From Neophaeotheca triangularis (Eukaryota), in contig BAAIJX010000011.1 of assembly GCA_054600435.1 (NCBI GenBank), forward strand, positions 496,001 to 560,000: a DNA stretch of 64,000 bases. The letters are read 5' to 3'. Positions within the stretch are counted from its first letter, which is position 1. The number at the start of each line of letters is the position of its first letter. A program made the position numbers and the translations under genes. The notes under the pieces are model-generated. The model was not told the origin of the DNA, did no database searches, and worked only from the letters and a program-made list of their open reading frames with translations. This document shows positions 1-11,846 of this stretch, one piece after another.

Positions 1-3000
1 GTGTCGCGCAACCGGCTGCAGCTGAGGGTCCGCGAGGTTTTTCTCGAAAAGAGCATGCTTCCGCCGAGTAATAAGGTTGAGACGAACAAGAGGGAGATAT
101 TACCGGTTGAATGCAGAGAAAGACACGCCTCATATCGGGGAAGGTTTCGCGGGCGGCTAGAATACAGGATAAACGATGGGGATTGGAAGGAGTCCATTCG
201 GGAGTTCGGCCATGTGCCCATCATGTTGCGCTCCAACAGGTGCCATCTCGAGGGTCTCACACCGAAGGAGCTGGTTGACAAGAGGGAGGAAACTGAAGAG
301 CTCGGCGGCTACTTTATCGTGAACGGCAATGAGAAGCTAATTCGTATGCTCATCGTGAATCGTCGCAACTTCCCCATGGCCATTATAAGACCGTCCTTTG
401 TGAATCGAGGCGCATCATACACGAAGTTCGGCATTCAAATACGTTCAGTGAGACCAGATCAATCCTCGCAAACCAACGTCCTGCACTATCTGGGCGACGG
501 CAACGTCACGTTCCGATTTTCTTGGAGGAAGAATGAATATCTCGTTCCTGTCATGATGGTACTGAACGCTCTGACCGAAACAAACGACCGCGAGATATTT
601 GAGGGACTAGTGGGACCGGCCGGTAGCAAGGGCCTGGAGGGAAAGCAATTTGTGACCGACAGGGTTGAGCTATTGTTGAGAACATACAAGGCGTACGATA
701 TTCACGGGAAAGCGAAGACAAGGGCATATCTGGGAAGCAAATTCAGAATCGTGCTTGGCGTTCCCGAAGATCTCAGCGATGATGAGGCCGGCACGGAGTT
801 TCTGCGCAAGATTGTTTTACCTCACCTCGGTTCCTACGACGTCACGGATGCCCAGGATGCGGACAAGTTCAGGATGCTGGTCTTCATGACCAGGAAACTT
901 TATGCCCTAGTCGAAGGGGAGTGCTCCATCGACAATCCCGACGCTGTTCAAAGCCAAGAGATCCTTCTTCCCGGAGCCCTCTACGGAATGATTATCAAGG
1001 AGCGGGTAGAAGAGTGGCTCACCTCTGTCGGCGCTAGCTTACGAGACTGGAGCCGCAGCAACCAATACCCAAAGTTCACCAGTAAAGAATTTGAGCGAGA
1101 CTTCATGAACAAGGTAGTGCGAAAAACGAATGAAAACCTGGGCCAGGCACTTGACTACTTCCTTTCAACGGGCAACCTTGTCAGCCCTAGTGGATTGGAT
1201 CTCCAACAGACCTCTGGGTTTACAGTCATGGCTGAGAAGATCAATTTCTATCGATTCATCAGCCACTTCAGGATGGTGCACAGAGGTAGCTTCTTCGCGC
1301 AGCTGAAGACAACAACAGTCAGAAAGCTGCTCCCGGAAAGCTGGGGCTTCTTGTGTCCCGTACATACCCCAGACGGTAGTCCATGTGGGCTGCTGAACCA
1401 TTTGGCTCACAAGTGCAAGATTGACACTGAAGGCTTCGACACATCTCATCTCCCACAACTCATCGCGCAACTTGGCCTCGCGAGCTCTTCGGCAGCAACG
1501 CTTGCAGACAGTGTGGTTGTCCAACTCGACGGACGTATCCTGGGATTCTGTTCTCCCAAGCAAGCAAAAGTGATTGCAGATACCCTGCGATACTGGAAGG
1601 TTGGGGGCAACCACAACATCCCTCTCGGCTTGGAGGTTGGCTACATACCAAGCTCTAACGGTGGGCAATACCCTGGCGTGTATATGTTTTCTACGCCTGC
1701 ACGGATGCTTAGGCCTGTCAAATACCTCCCGCTTAATCGAACGGACTTTGTGGGCCCTTTTGAACAGCCCTTCATGTCTATCGCGTGTACGGAGCCGGAA
1801 ATCGTCTCAGGAGATTCAACGCATGTCGAGTACGATCCTACGAACATATTGTCGATCGTCGCGAACCAGACACCTTTCTCCGACTTCAACCAATCGCCTC
1901 GAAACATGTACCAGGTGAGTTCTCAAGGACCTTCCAATCTGCATCCCTCTATATTGCTACTAACACTTCCTCTCCTAGTGTCAAATGGGCAAGCAAACTA
2001 TGGGCACCCCTGGAACGGCGCTCAAGTATCGCACCGACAATAAGACATACCGCCTGCAGACTGGACAAACACCTGTTGTCAGGCCACCACTGCACAACGA
2101 ATACGGGCTCGACAACTTCCCCAACGGCACCAACGCTGTCGTTGCTGTCATATCGTACACAGGCTATGACATGGACGATGCCATGATCCTGAACAAGTCC
2201 GCACACGAGAGAGGTTTCGGGCATGGCACCATCTACAAGACCAAAAAGATCGACCTTGCCGAGGAGAATAAGAACAGCCGGGGGCGTAGCACAGCAGTGA
2301 CCCACATGTTCGGTTTCGCACCAGAGAGCCTCGTCAAAGCTCAATGGAGAAGTACGCTGGACGACGACGGTTTCGCCGCGATCGGCACAAAGGTCAAAGA
2401 GGGAGACATCATTGCCGCTTCGCACACCGTGACCAAAGACCATATTACAGGGGAATACGTCAACCGCGATAGCATCACACACCTTCATCGCTACAAAGAG
2501 GCAGAAGAGGGTTTCGTTGAAGAGATCAAGCTTATCGGCAACGAGGGCGGCAATAACGAGCCATGTCAATCTATCAGCATCCGCCTGCGCATTCCACGAT
2601 CGCCCATCATCGGTGACAAGTTCTCGTCTCGCCACGGACAAAAGGGTGTCTGTTCTCAAAAATGGCCCACCACAGATATGCCTTTCACAGAGAGCGGTAT
2701 GCAACCGGACGTCATTATCAACCCCCACGCTTTCCCGTCTCGAATGACAATCGGTATGTTTGTGGAGTCCCTCGCAGGCAAGTCAGGAGCCCTCCACGGC
2801 CTATCGCAGGACTCGACGCCCTTCAAGTTCAAAGACAAGGAAGGCGACACAGCTGTTGACTACTTCGGCCACCAGCTGAAACAAGCTGGGTACAACTTTC
2901 ACGGGAATGAGCCCATGTACTCTGGCATCACTGGTGAGGAGCTCAAGGCCGATATCTACGTTGGCGTCGTCTACTACCAACGTCTGAGACACATGGTGAA

Positions 3001-3460
3001 CGACAAGTTCCAAGTCCGCACAACAGGGCCAGTCACACCGCTCACGGGCCAGCCCATCAAGGGCAGAGCAAAGGGTGGCGGTATCCGTGTCGGTGAAATG
3101 GAACGGGATGCCTTGCTAGCACACGGTACGGCCTTCCTGCTCCAAGACCGTCTGATGAACTGCAGCGACTACACCAAAGCCTGGGTTTGCAAGGGATGCG
3201 GCAGTTTCCTCTCCACGCAACCGAGCATGGCGCAAGGCGCGAAGAGGATGATGGGCGACGGGGGTAGGGTGCGTTGCCGGAGGTGTAGCCGGAAAGCTGT
3301 CGGCATCGAGCCCAAGAGCGAATGCTGGGAGGATCGCAAGGGGCAGAAGTGGTACGGGGGCGAGAACACCACTCTCGTTGCTGTGCCTGGTGTTTTGAAG
3401 TATCTCGATGTCGAGCTCGCGGCTATGGGAGTTCGGATGAAATTCAAGGTTGGCCCTTGA
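1..3460 (+). CDS. RPA2: RNA polymerase I second-largest subunit (5' end outside window); intron 1915-1978
   Basis: Motifs GGYFIVNG, HTPDGSPCGL, NQSPRNMYQ|CQMGKQTMG, GDKFSSRHGQKG, GGIRVGEMERD. GTGAGT donor at 1915, TACTAAC branch and TAG acceptor at 1978 join ORFs 1..2043 and 1985..3460. Pol I-type TGYDMDDAMI. Confidence 0.96.
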
Positions 3461-3839
3461 ACGTATCGCGATGGTACGGGTTTCGGGAGTAGCATAGCGC
3501 GGCGTATCGGGATGGCTGGGTTGTGTCGCTATTGCGTCCAAGCAATGTAGACTATCAATAGATCGTGCCTTCTTCGCACGCTTGTTCTCTATATCTACTA
3601 TCGCTCTCGAGTCGGGCATGGATCGTGCAAGGCTGCTTGCGTGACATACAGATGTGCTAACAGCACAAGCCAGCCCGCGGGGTTGTCTAGTCATTACGAA
3701 GCAGCTCGAACAAGGCCACAGGAAGCAGCCGCCGCAGAGAAATGATATTGTCGAGACCACCGTAACGGAATGAGCGGCAGCCTTGCCGTGACCTTGTAAC
3801 AAGAAGGTTGATAGACGACTCGCGCCCTCAAAAATTGTT

Positions 3840-4135
3840 CCAACCCTCGTTTCCCGAGGCTTCCGTCTCGGGGCCTCGTGGACCATTCAGCAGTGCATAC
3901 TTGCCTAACGAACGCTTTCACTCGTTCCATCTTTCAAATCCTTGGACGACCTATGGCACCGCCTCGCAGCTTTTGTACGAATTTGACGCAAGCGCTCCTC
4001 TGTACTTATAAGGATATGAAGAGAGACGGTGAAGAGCAGCGTCCCCTGTGAGAGGTCTTGATCGCTCAGCCATAGACGAGACTCGTTGAGCGCTCGCTGT
4101 GTTCGTAACCGAGCGACGCTGTGGGTTTGTTTTTA
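3840..4135 (+). ncRNA. Candidate structured non-coding RNA, class unassigned
   Basis: Several hairpins with + strand G-U pairs and a U-rich end, in the interval between the convergent RPA2 and SEC24 genes. No family match recognised. Confidence 0.3.
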
Positions 4136-4366
4136 CTTAGTCCATTGCTTAAAGGTAAGGGTCCGGTGAATTGCAAAGGTGCACTCTCGTGATCGAAGAG
4201 CAGGCGCCTGAGACAGCGAGGCGATTGGAGGTTCACAAATGCTAAACAGAGAGAGAGGTGAGCGTTGAAAGAAAAATTATGACCATAAAACTTTCCGACT
4301 ACCTAGGTACTACAAGCTGCAGCCGCTTGGCAGTTGCTACATCTAACACCAGTCATCTATGCTTTT

Positions 4367-7304
4367 CTACGAAACAACCTTTTCCCTCAACATGCCCAAG
4401 AACTGCGCTCCACTGACGCCTTGATCGGCGCGGTCCTCGACCAGCAACGTCTGAGCCCAGAGCCTCAAGCTCGGTTCGCCATCCTCCCGGATCAAGTACA
4501 GAGGTGGCACCACGATGCTACCGCAGCCCTTTCCACGGTGATCCCGGCTCTTTTCCACCACAGCTCTGACCCGTTCGTTCATTTCGCTTTCGATGACGGG
4601 CAGAGAAGTCTTGCCTTGCCTGAGCTGGTTCTTGTCGTCGGTGCCGAAGACATCTCCAATGAGCGCGGGAACGGCGTCGCGGCCTAGCCACAGGAATTGG
4701 GTCTGGCCGTCGTCGATGAGGTAGAGTCCGTAGGGTACTAGGTTGCCAGAGCTGAGGTTGAGAGGCTGGGGCATGACAATCGCGCCTGTCTCGGGGTGCG
4801 GGAGGCCAGCGTCGTCGGGCAGGTCGTGTAGGCTGTACAGGCGCGGGTATATGTATTGGATCAACAATGGCAGGGGAAGGGTGGAGAGCAGACAGAGCGC
4901 GGCGGTACGAAGATCCGTAGGTATCTGAGCCGACTTGCGGAGGCCGAGCTAGAAAACGTCGTTAGAACATTTCAAAAGAGGTTGCGCAGCACAAACCGTC
5001 GCCACTTACGTTCTTCATCAGCCCAAGGAAAAGCATGGGTAGGCCACGCATGTTGGCAGGGAATTGCAGGCCGCCACCACCCATGTTGCCACCACCAAGC
5101 TCTTTCTTGTACGTCTGCAGCAGCTCGATCATCTTGGCTTGCACAGCATCTCTCGCAGCATCGAGTCCACTTGACAAAGCACGCTCAACAGCCTTGTGCG
5201 AGAAGTATGCGGTGATTGCTTGCTGATCGGCGGATGCGTATACTTCAGCCAGATTCTGAGTCGTTGGAATGCTGAGTGTCATGACACGAATCCTCCTTTC
5301 GCCGTTGCATGTTGTGTGGAGGACGCCGACTTGCAAGCATGCGAAAGCCTTTGTGACGCTCTCGTCGATTGCAATTTCAACGACATAAGCTTGGTCGCGT
5401 GGCATAGCTGGGAACGCGCATAGATCGCTGGAGCGGTTGAAGAAGTTGCCGTAGAATGCGCTCGGCCGCAGGCCTGTCGTAGTTCTGACACGCAGCACGG
5501 CTTCAAGGCCAATCTCGGCGGACAAATAGTCACCAAACTCAGTCGCGAACTTGACGGCATCCTCAGTCCTGGCGGCGTTCCAGGCAGGGTAGAAGTAGGT
5601 CTGGCCACCGGTGTATCGCGGAAGATTACTCAGGCTGGCCACATCCTGATACTGCGCGCTGAAAAGGAACATGTCAATAGACACTTGAGTCTTGCTGCAC
5701 TCCACCGCGAAACTCTTGTAGAAGCTGTTTGCGGTCTGCAGTAGACTGCCCTCCTTCGAGGTGCCCAACAACTTCTTGTCCTCCCTCATCTCGAGCTTTC
5801 CGTATCCGACGTTTGGCAGAGTAGCAGAGAGCACAACCATCTTTCCACCGACGTGAGAAATGAGTTTGTGACCAGCCCTAAGCGCAGACCCCATCGCAGA
5901 TGCACCGTCCTGAGTGTTTGCAAACATGCCTTGAAGCTTCCCTAGGAAATTTTCGATATTCGCGCGCGCTTCTGTCAGGTTCACCAAAAGGTCCTCAGGC
6001 GTAGGAAGGAAGGGCTCGTCCAAGTCACTGACTACTAGCATGCGAGCCTCGTTGTTCTCGCTTCCATCGCGGGGTATGCTGAAGTAGTGGAGCGAGCCAT
6101 CGACGGCCATGAATCCCAGGCGAGTTCGTCGATCAGTGTTTGGTATTCTGTCGAGGCTCTCCAAGATACAACGCGCAGCGGTAGCCAAAAGGCCACTAGT
6201 TACGCCAGCAAAGCTAACATCGAGAAGGAACAGGTAGATCAACGGCTGTGGTGCGCGGACCATGTACTCCTGAGGAGCTACAAACTCGCTTACGGCGTAG
6301 TTGAGCTCAGGCCTTTGCCACCTGTCGACGGACTGTTGCTTCATACTATCCCAGTCGAATGCCTGCGGGACGTCGTTGGTAAGGTTACACATGTTGCACC
6401 TCCATCGGTGAGAGTGGTCGAGGAAAGAAGCAAAAGGGTTGATGTAGGTGCGGCACCTTCTGCAACGTGCGATGATTTGGTCGTACTGCACGGGCACGTC
6501 GTCTTCATCGTCGTGAAGTGTAGCGTAAGGCTGAATGATGAGCGCAAAGGGAAGCTTGCTTTTCTTGAGCAGGGAATTGGTCGTAGGCATGGCGTTCAAG
6601 GTCGATCGAACATACTTGGGTGGGCAGTTCGCATGCGGTGACGGTGTGACAGAGGACTGTGCTGCCGTTAGCTACGGGACTGATATCTCATGCCCCGGCG
6701 ATCAAACACTTACGTTAGGGGGAAGGATGCAAGGAGGGGGAGGCTGGTCCAAATCGGTAACATGGAAAGGTTGGCCTTGGGGGCTGATGTCAACTGGCAT
6801 AAGAGGGTTCAAGCGAGCTGCCATTGCAGGTGCTGCTTGCGGCTGAGCTGCAGCAGTAGGCTGTCCACCGCCGCCTCCCATGCCCATCTGCGAAAACTGT
6901 TGCGTCACGCCTTGCATACCCTGTTGAAGCATGCCCGTGGCACCTTGTGCCTGGTAGCCGGTCTGGGGTGGCTCGTACCCCTGCGCTGGGTACTGAGGCT
7001 GGCCGTACGGGGTCTGCGCAACGGGCGTTTGAGCAGCATTTGGATCACCATAGGCTGGCTGCGCCGGCATGCCATAGGCGGGTTGTTGTTGTTGAGCCGG
7101 GTATCCATAGCCAGCAGCCGGCGGGCCTTGTCCTGAGGTAGGCGGCTGACCGGTGCCTCCAGCATTTGCGCCAGCGCCGAATTCGAACGCTTGTCCTGCA
7201 TACGCTCTCTTTTTCTTGCCTCCTGCGGGCGCCGGGGCTTGCTGTTGCTGATCGTATGCGCCTTCTTGCCCGTATTGTTGCCCGTCCTGATATTGCTCGG
7301 CCAT
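4367..7304 (-). CDS. SEC24: COPII coat subunit Sec24; introns 6657-6713 and 4949-5009
   Basis: Q/P/G-rich N-terminus, zinc finger [12 protein letters not shown]...WRCNMC, trunk/vWA domain (YLFLLDVS), C-terminal gelsolin-like region ([10 protein letters not shown]). GTAAGT donors at 6713 and 5009 join three ORFs. Confidence 0.95.
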
Positions 7305-7973
7305 GCTGGGTGGGTACTCGGGCCTCGAAGGCTACGGGCTGACTGAGTTTGGGCTTGTTGGCACAGCTGTCAGGGCTGTCTTCTTTCCCGGTCAGTGCAC
7401 GGCGTTGTCGTGAAGTAGATGGATGGAGGGAGCTGGAGGTCAGGTAGTTAAGGTAGGGTAGGTCGAGGGTTACGGCGGGCTGACGGTGAAGCGCATGTGG
7501 AATGGCCAAAGCACAACAAGCGTCGGGGAAGGAGAGTCGACGTTAAAGAGTAGCAGCAAATGGATCGATAGTCAAGGTGATGCTGGATTGATTGGAAATT
7601 CGAGGCTCAACTATCACAACAATACCAGTCACCGAGAGCAGTACCTAAGTAATGTAATGCCAGTTGCTGCTGTCTGGCTGCCAATTGTTGTCTCTTGTCT
7701 GGCCAGCTGTGGACTTTGAAGTTCCAGCAAGCAGCCAATCAACGTGCGAGCTTGCTTCCTACCACCTCTCCTCTGCCAGAGCCCCTGAAACCCCCAACAC
7801 GCAGAATAGGTACACCTAGGCAGATGATACACTGCACCATCAAACAATGTTGACGCTGCAATTCATCTCCAAGCTGAATAGCACTATTTTACGCCTAAAA
7901 GCGCGACTCTCTCTCTTAGGAGCGAGTGAGTTTTATACATCTACTAAGACAATTTTGCTAGGGTATCTCGTGC

Positions 7974-9237
7974 CTAAGATTTTTGAAACTCCACCTTCCC
8001 ATCTTGGCTCACAGATGCGTAGCCCATAGTCGGTGTTGGGGCTGTCGAAGGTCTGCTAGTTTGCGCCCCGGCTTCAGCCGGCGACTTCTCGTGCGCTTTC
8101 AACGATAGAGAACCTGCGGGGCTGTCGGCGATTTCGTTCACGTCGAGTGCATCAGTGAGCGATGAGCCTCGAGACTGAATCAACAGGTTGGCTGGACCTT
8201 GAAATTGAAGGAAGAGCTGAAGTAGTGGTTAGCTGAAAGCCAAGTTCAAGCTCTGATTTGCTTTGGCGTACTCTATCGCCCCATATCGTTTTCCTTGCCC
8301 ACGTTCTCAGCACAAAAGCCGAGTTGCGGATGAAATTCCACGCAGTTGATTCTCTCATAGTCCGCCAGAACCTGGTGTCGGGTAGCCATGCCGTCATGCT
8401 TGGAACCTGGAACCTCAAGAGATTCGACTTGAAGCGGTATGGCTGTGGTGGGTTCTGCATCATCGCGTATGCAATGAGGTTGCTAGGGTGAACCACGTAG
8501 CTTTCGCCGGTCTTGAGAGTGATCTGATGGATTTGGCCTTTACCAGATAGTGCAAGCAAGCCGCGCCCAGTCACAGACGTGCTGCCCCAATGTGCAAGAC
8601 TCTGGGCCGGTAAGCCTTCGCTCTGAGCTTTGGTTGATCGTTTCAACTCACCATCTTTGTGTTCAGGCGCGGAGTCAGGCTCAAGGTATGTCCAGTCCAT
8701 GCCAGCAATGCATTCCTTTGTGCTATCATCCAGTCCAACCTGCCATCCAAATGTACCACTACCAAAGAGGAGACCGATGACTTGGTTGCTATGAGGGCGT
8801 TGTAAGGTGTCGTTGATTTGATTCGTTGGTAGACGAAAGGAATACCCATTGCAGCTCGTCTAAAGGGTTCAAGGAGAGATATGGTGGAAACGGCATTTTC
8901 GGGGTTGCCACTGAACCCAACAAGGGTGCCTTTACGGGTATAGAGGTTTTGCGAGGCTGCTACTTGGACCGCGAGCATAGAGATGGGGCTTCCGAGCACT
9001 TCGAACCGCGCATCTGTGCCAATGTGAGCCACATGAACTAACCATATTGGACACCGAAAGTCTCTTACCTGCTGCTGGGCTTGTGGAATCGTGCTTGCTG
9101 TCCAAGGTCTGCTGAGGGCTGGTCGAGGTAGGCGTCGCGCTGATTTGAATCTGGCGTTTCTGGATCCTGCTTGCTCTCGGTGCCGCTGCAGTATGCCGAC
9201 AGGATGCGCAGACGTACTCAAGCGCCTGGCGACGCAT
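7974..9237 (-). CDS. AIM24: Altered inheritance of mitochondria protein 24; introns 9014-9068, 8602-8651, 8217-8271
   Basis: Arg-rich presequence [14 protein letters not shown], then DARFEVLG..., [51 protein letters not shown]. Canonical splice signals restore the frame. Confidence 0.85.
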
Positions 9238-9371
9238 CTCTATTAGCTTGAGACTGCACAGCAGTGTTGCGTTGGAGCAATTCGAAGTTTGGTAGCGTAT
9301 TTGGCTGATCAGCCGTTTGCTTGCTCCAGCTTTGGACGTGAGAAGCTCGGACTTGACTCGCGCCAACCGCC

Positions 9372-9392
9372 GAGGTGAGGTGAGGTGAGGTG
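9372..9392. repeat. (GAGGT)n pentanucleotide microsatellite in the AIM24/ATM1 divergent promoter
   Basis: gaggtgaggtgaggtgaggtg read directly. Confidence 0.9.
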
Positions 9393-9684
9393 AAGCTCAG
9401 TGTTGCTTCGAACCTGTCGTCCCTTTGCAACTCACAGTATAGAGATATAGTATCCGCACAAGTACGATCCACGGGCGTACATTTTGACGCTCCTCGTTGG
9501 CACCGTATCGGCTTTGGAGGATCCGCCTTCCACAGAGAGAGAGGACTTCAGACGCCAGTCCCACCACCACGACGCACTAGGCATCTGTTCGCAACATGAT
9601 AGAAGAGTGCTGAATTCTGACCTCCTGTATTCTCCCGCCCAGAGAGCCATTTATTCATATTGCGACTGGGCGCGACTCGACAGA

Positions 9685-11846
9685 ATGTTTGCAGCTAGAT
9701 GGTGTGCCAGCGCAGGCTGGAGGAGGCATACTGCTGCCACAGCGTTGAGCTCGCGTGCACCCTTGATCTCCTCGCACTGTGCGCAGCAACCGCGCACGAG
9801 GATATTCACTACGAGCGTTCGGCGATGGAAGGACGACGCGCGGGCACGTACCGTACAGCAAGAGTCGGAGAAGAAGGCAGCGACTGACGGCAGCATCAAG
9901 CCGGAGGCTGTCAAAACGAACAAGGCCAAGAATGATCCCCTCCTTGCAGAGCAGACTGTGTCGAATAAGGAGCAGCGCAAGGCAGACTGGGCAATCATCA
10001 AGGACATGGCACAGTACCTATGGCCCAAGGACGACTTCGGCACTCGCTTTAGAGTAGGCCTGAGTGTTGGGTTATTGGTTGGCGCAAAGGTGCGTGGGCT
10101 GTCTTGCTTTTCGATCGGAACTCTTGTTGATAGAGCTTGTAGGTCCTCAATGTTCAAGTACCATTCTACTTCAAGTCAATCGTAGACTCGATGAATGTCG
10201 ATTTTGCAGCCGTAGGCGGCACCGCTGCAACTGTTGCCGGAACCGCTATCTTCGCCTACGGTGCAACTAGGATAGGGTCGGTGGTTTTCCAGGAACTTCG
10301 CAATGCCGTCTTTGCGTCTGTCGCGCAGAAAGCTATTCGCCGCGTCGCCCAGAACGTTTTCGAGCACTTGCTCAAACTGGACTTGAACTTCCACCTTTCC
10401 CGGCAGACCGGAGGGCTTACGAGAGCTATCGACCGTGGCACAAAGGGCATTAGCTTTCTACTCACCAGCATGGTCTTTCACATCATCCCGACGGCGCTCG
10501 AGATAAGCCTCGTATGCGGTATCCTGACATGGCAGTACGGCTGGAAATTCGCCGCTATAACCACTGGCACCATGGCTGCTTACTCTGTGTTTACAATCAT
10601 GACGACGGCGTGGCGAACTCAGTTTCGCAAGTCCGCCAATGCTGCCGATAACAAAGGAGCGACTGTGGCAGTAGACAGCCTTATCAATTACGAAGCTGTC
10701 AAATACTTCAACAACGAAAAGTTTGAAGTTGGCAGGTACGGCGCCGCGCTCAAGAATTACCAGGACGCTAGCATCAAGGTTGCAACTTCTCTGGCGTACT
10801 TGAACAGCGGCCAATCGCTCATTTTCTCGTCTGCGTTGACGGCTATGATGTACATGGCAGCACAAGGCGTGGCAGCAGGTACCTTGACTGTCGGCGATCT
10901 GGTCATGGTCAATCAGCTCGTCTTCCAGCTCTCGGTGCCCCTGAACTTCCTTGGCTCTGTTTACCGCGAGCTCCGTCAGAGCCTTTTAGACATGGAGACC
11001 TTGTTCAACCTGCAGAAGGTCAACGTCTCCATCAAAGAGGCCTCAGACGCCAAACCTCTGCTGCTCAACAAGGGCGGTGAAATCCGATTTGAGAACGTCT
11101 CGTTTGGCTACCGACCCGACCGTCCAATCCTACGCAATCTTAACTTGACCATTCCTGCCGGTAAGAAAGTTTCTATCGTTGGACCAAGTGGTTGTGGCAA
11201 GTCTACGATTCTCCGCCTTCTCTTCCGCTTCTACGATCCCCAAGAAGGTCGCATCACCGTTGATGGCCAGGACATACGTCAAGTGACCGTTGAAAGCCTG
11301 AGGAAGAGCATTGGAGTTGTGCCGCAGGATACACCGCTTTTTAACGATACTATCGAGCACAACATCCGCTATGGTGACATCAACGCAGGCAGTGACCGTG
11401 TCGAGGCGGCGGCCAAACGTGCCAAGATTCACGACATTGTCCAGAGACTACCGGACGGCTACAACACCATGGTCGGCGAGCGCGGAATGATGATATCTGG
11501 AGGAGAGAAGCAGAGGCTGGCAGTCTCGCGGCTGATCTTGAAAGACCCGCCTTTGCTGTTCTTCGATGAAGCGACCTCTGCGCTCGACACGCACACGGAG
11601 CAAAGCCTCCTGAACAACATCAACAGCATCTTGAAGGAAAAGGCGCGGACTTCCGTCTTCGTGGCACACAGGCTGCGTACGATTTACGACAGCGACCTGA
11701 TCATCGTGCTTAAGGATGGAAAGGTGGCGGAGCAGGGGACGCACGAGAAGCTGGTCGATAGCGATGGCATCTATTCCGAACTTTGGAGCGCTCAGGAGAC
11801 GCTGTTTACCGAAGAAGGCGCAGAGACACAGGATTCGGGGAGGTGA
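9685..11846 (+). CDS. ATM1: Mitochondrial Fe-S cluster ABC half-transporter Atm1/ABCB7; intron 10090-10142
   Basis: Presequence [54 protein letters not shown], Walker [10 protein letters not shown], signature ISGGEKQR, Walker [11 protein letters not shown]. Confidence 0.96.

Noticed and set aside
3897..4015. ATACTTGCCT resembling the U1 5' end, and TGTACTTATAAGGAT resembling U3 box A'/A
   Set aside because: Mismatches fall in invariant positions and the downstream U1 or U3 elements are missing, so no family was assigned.
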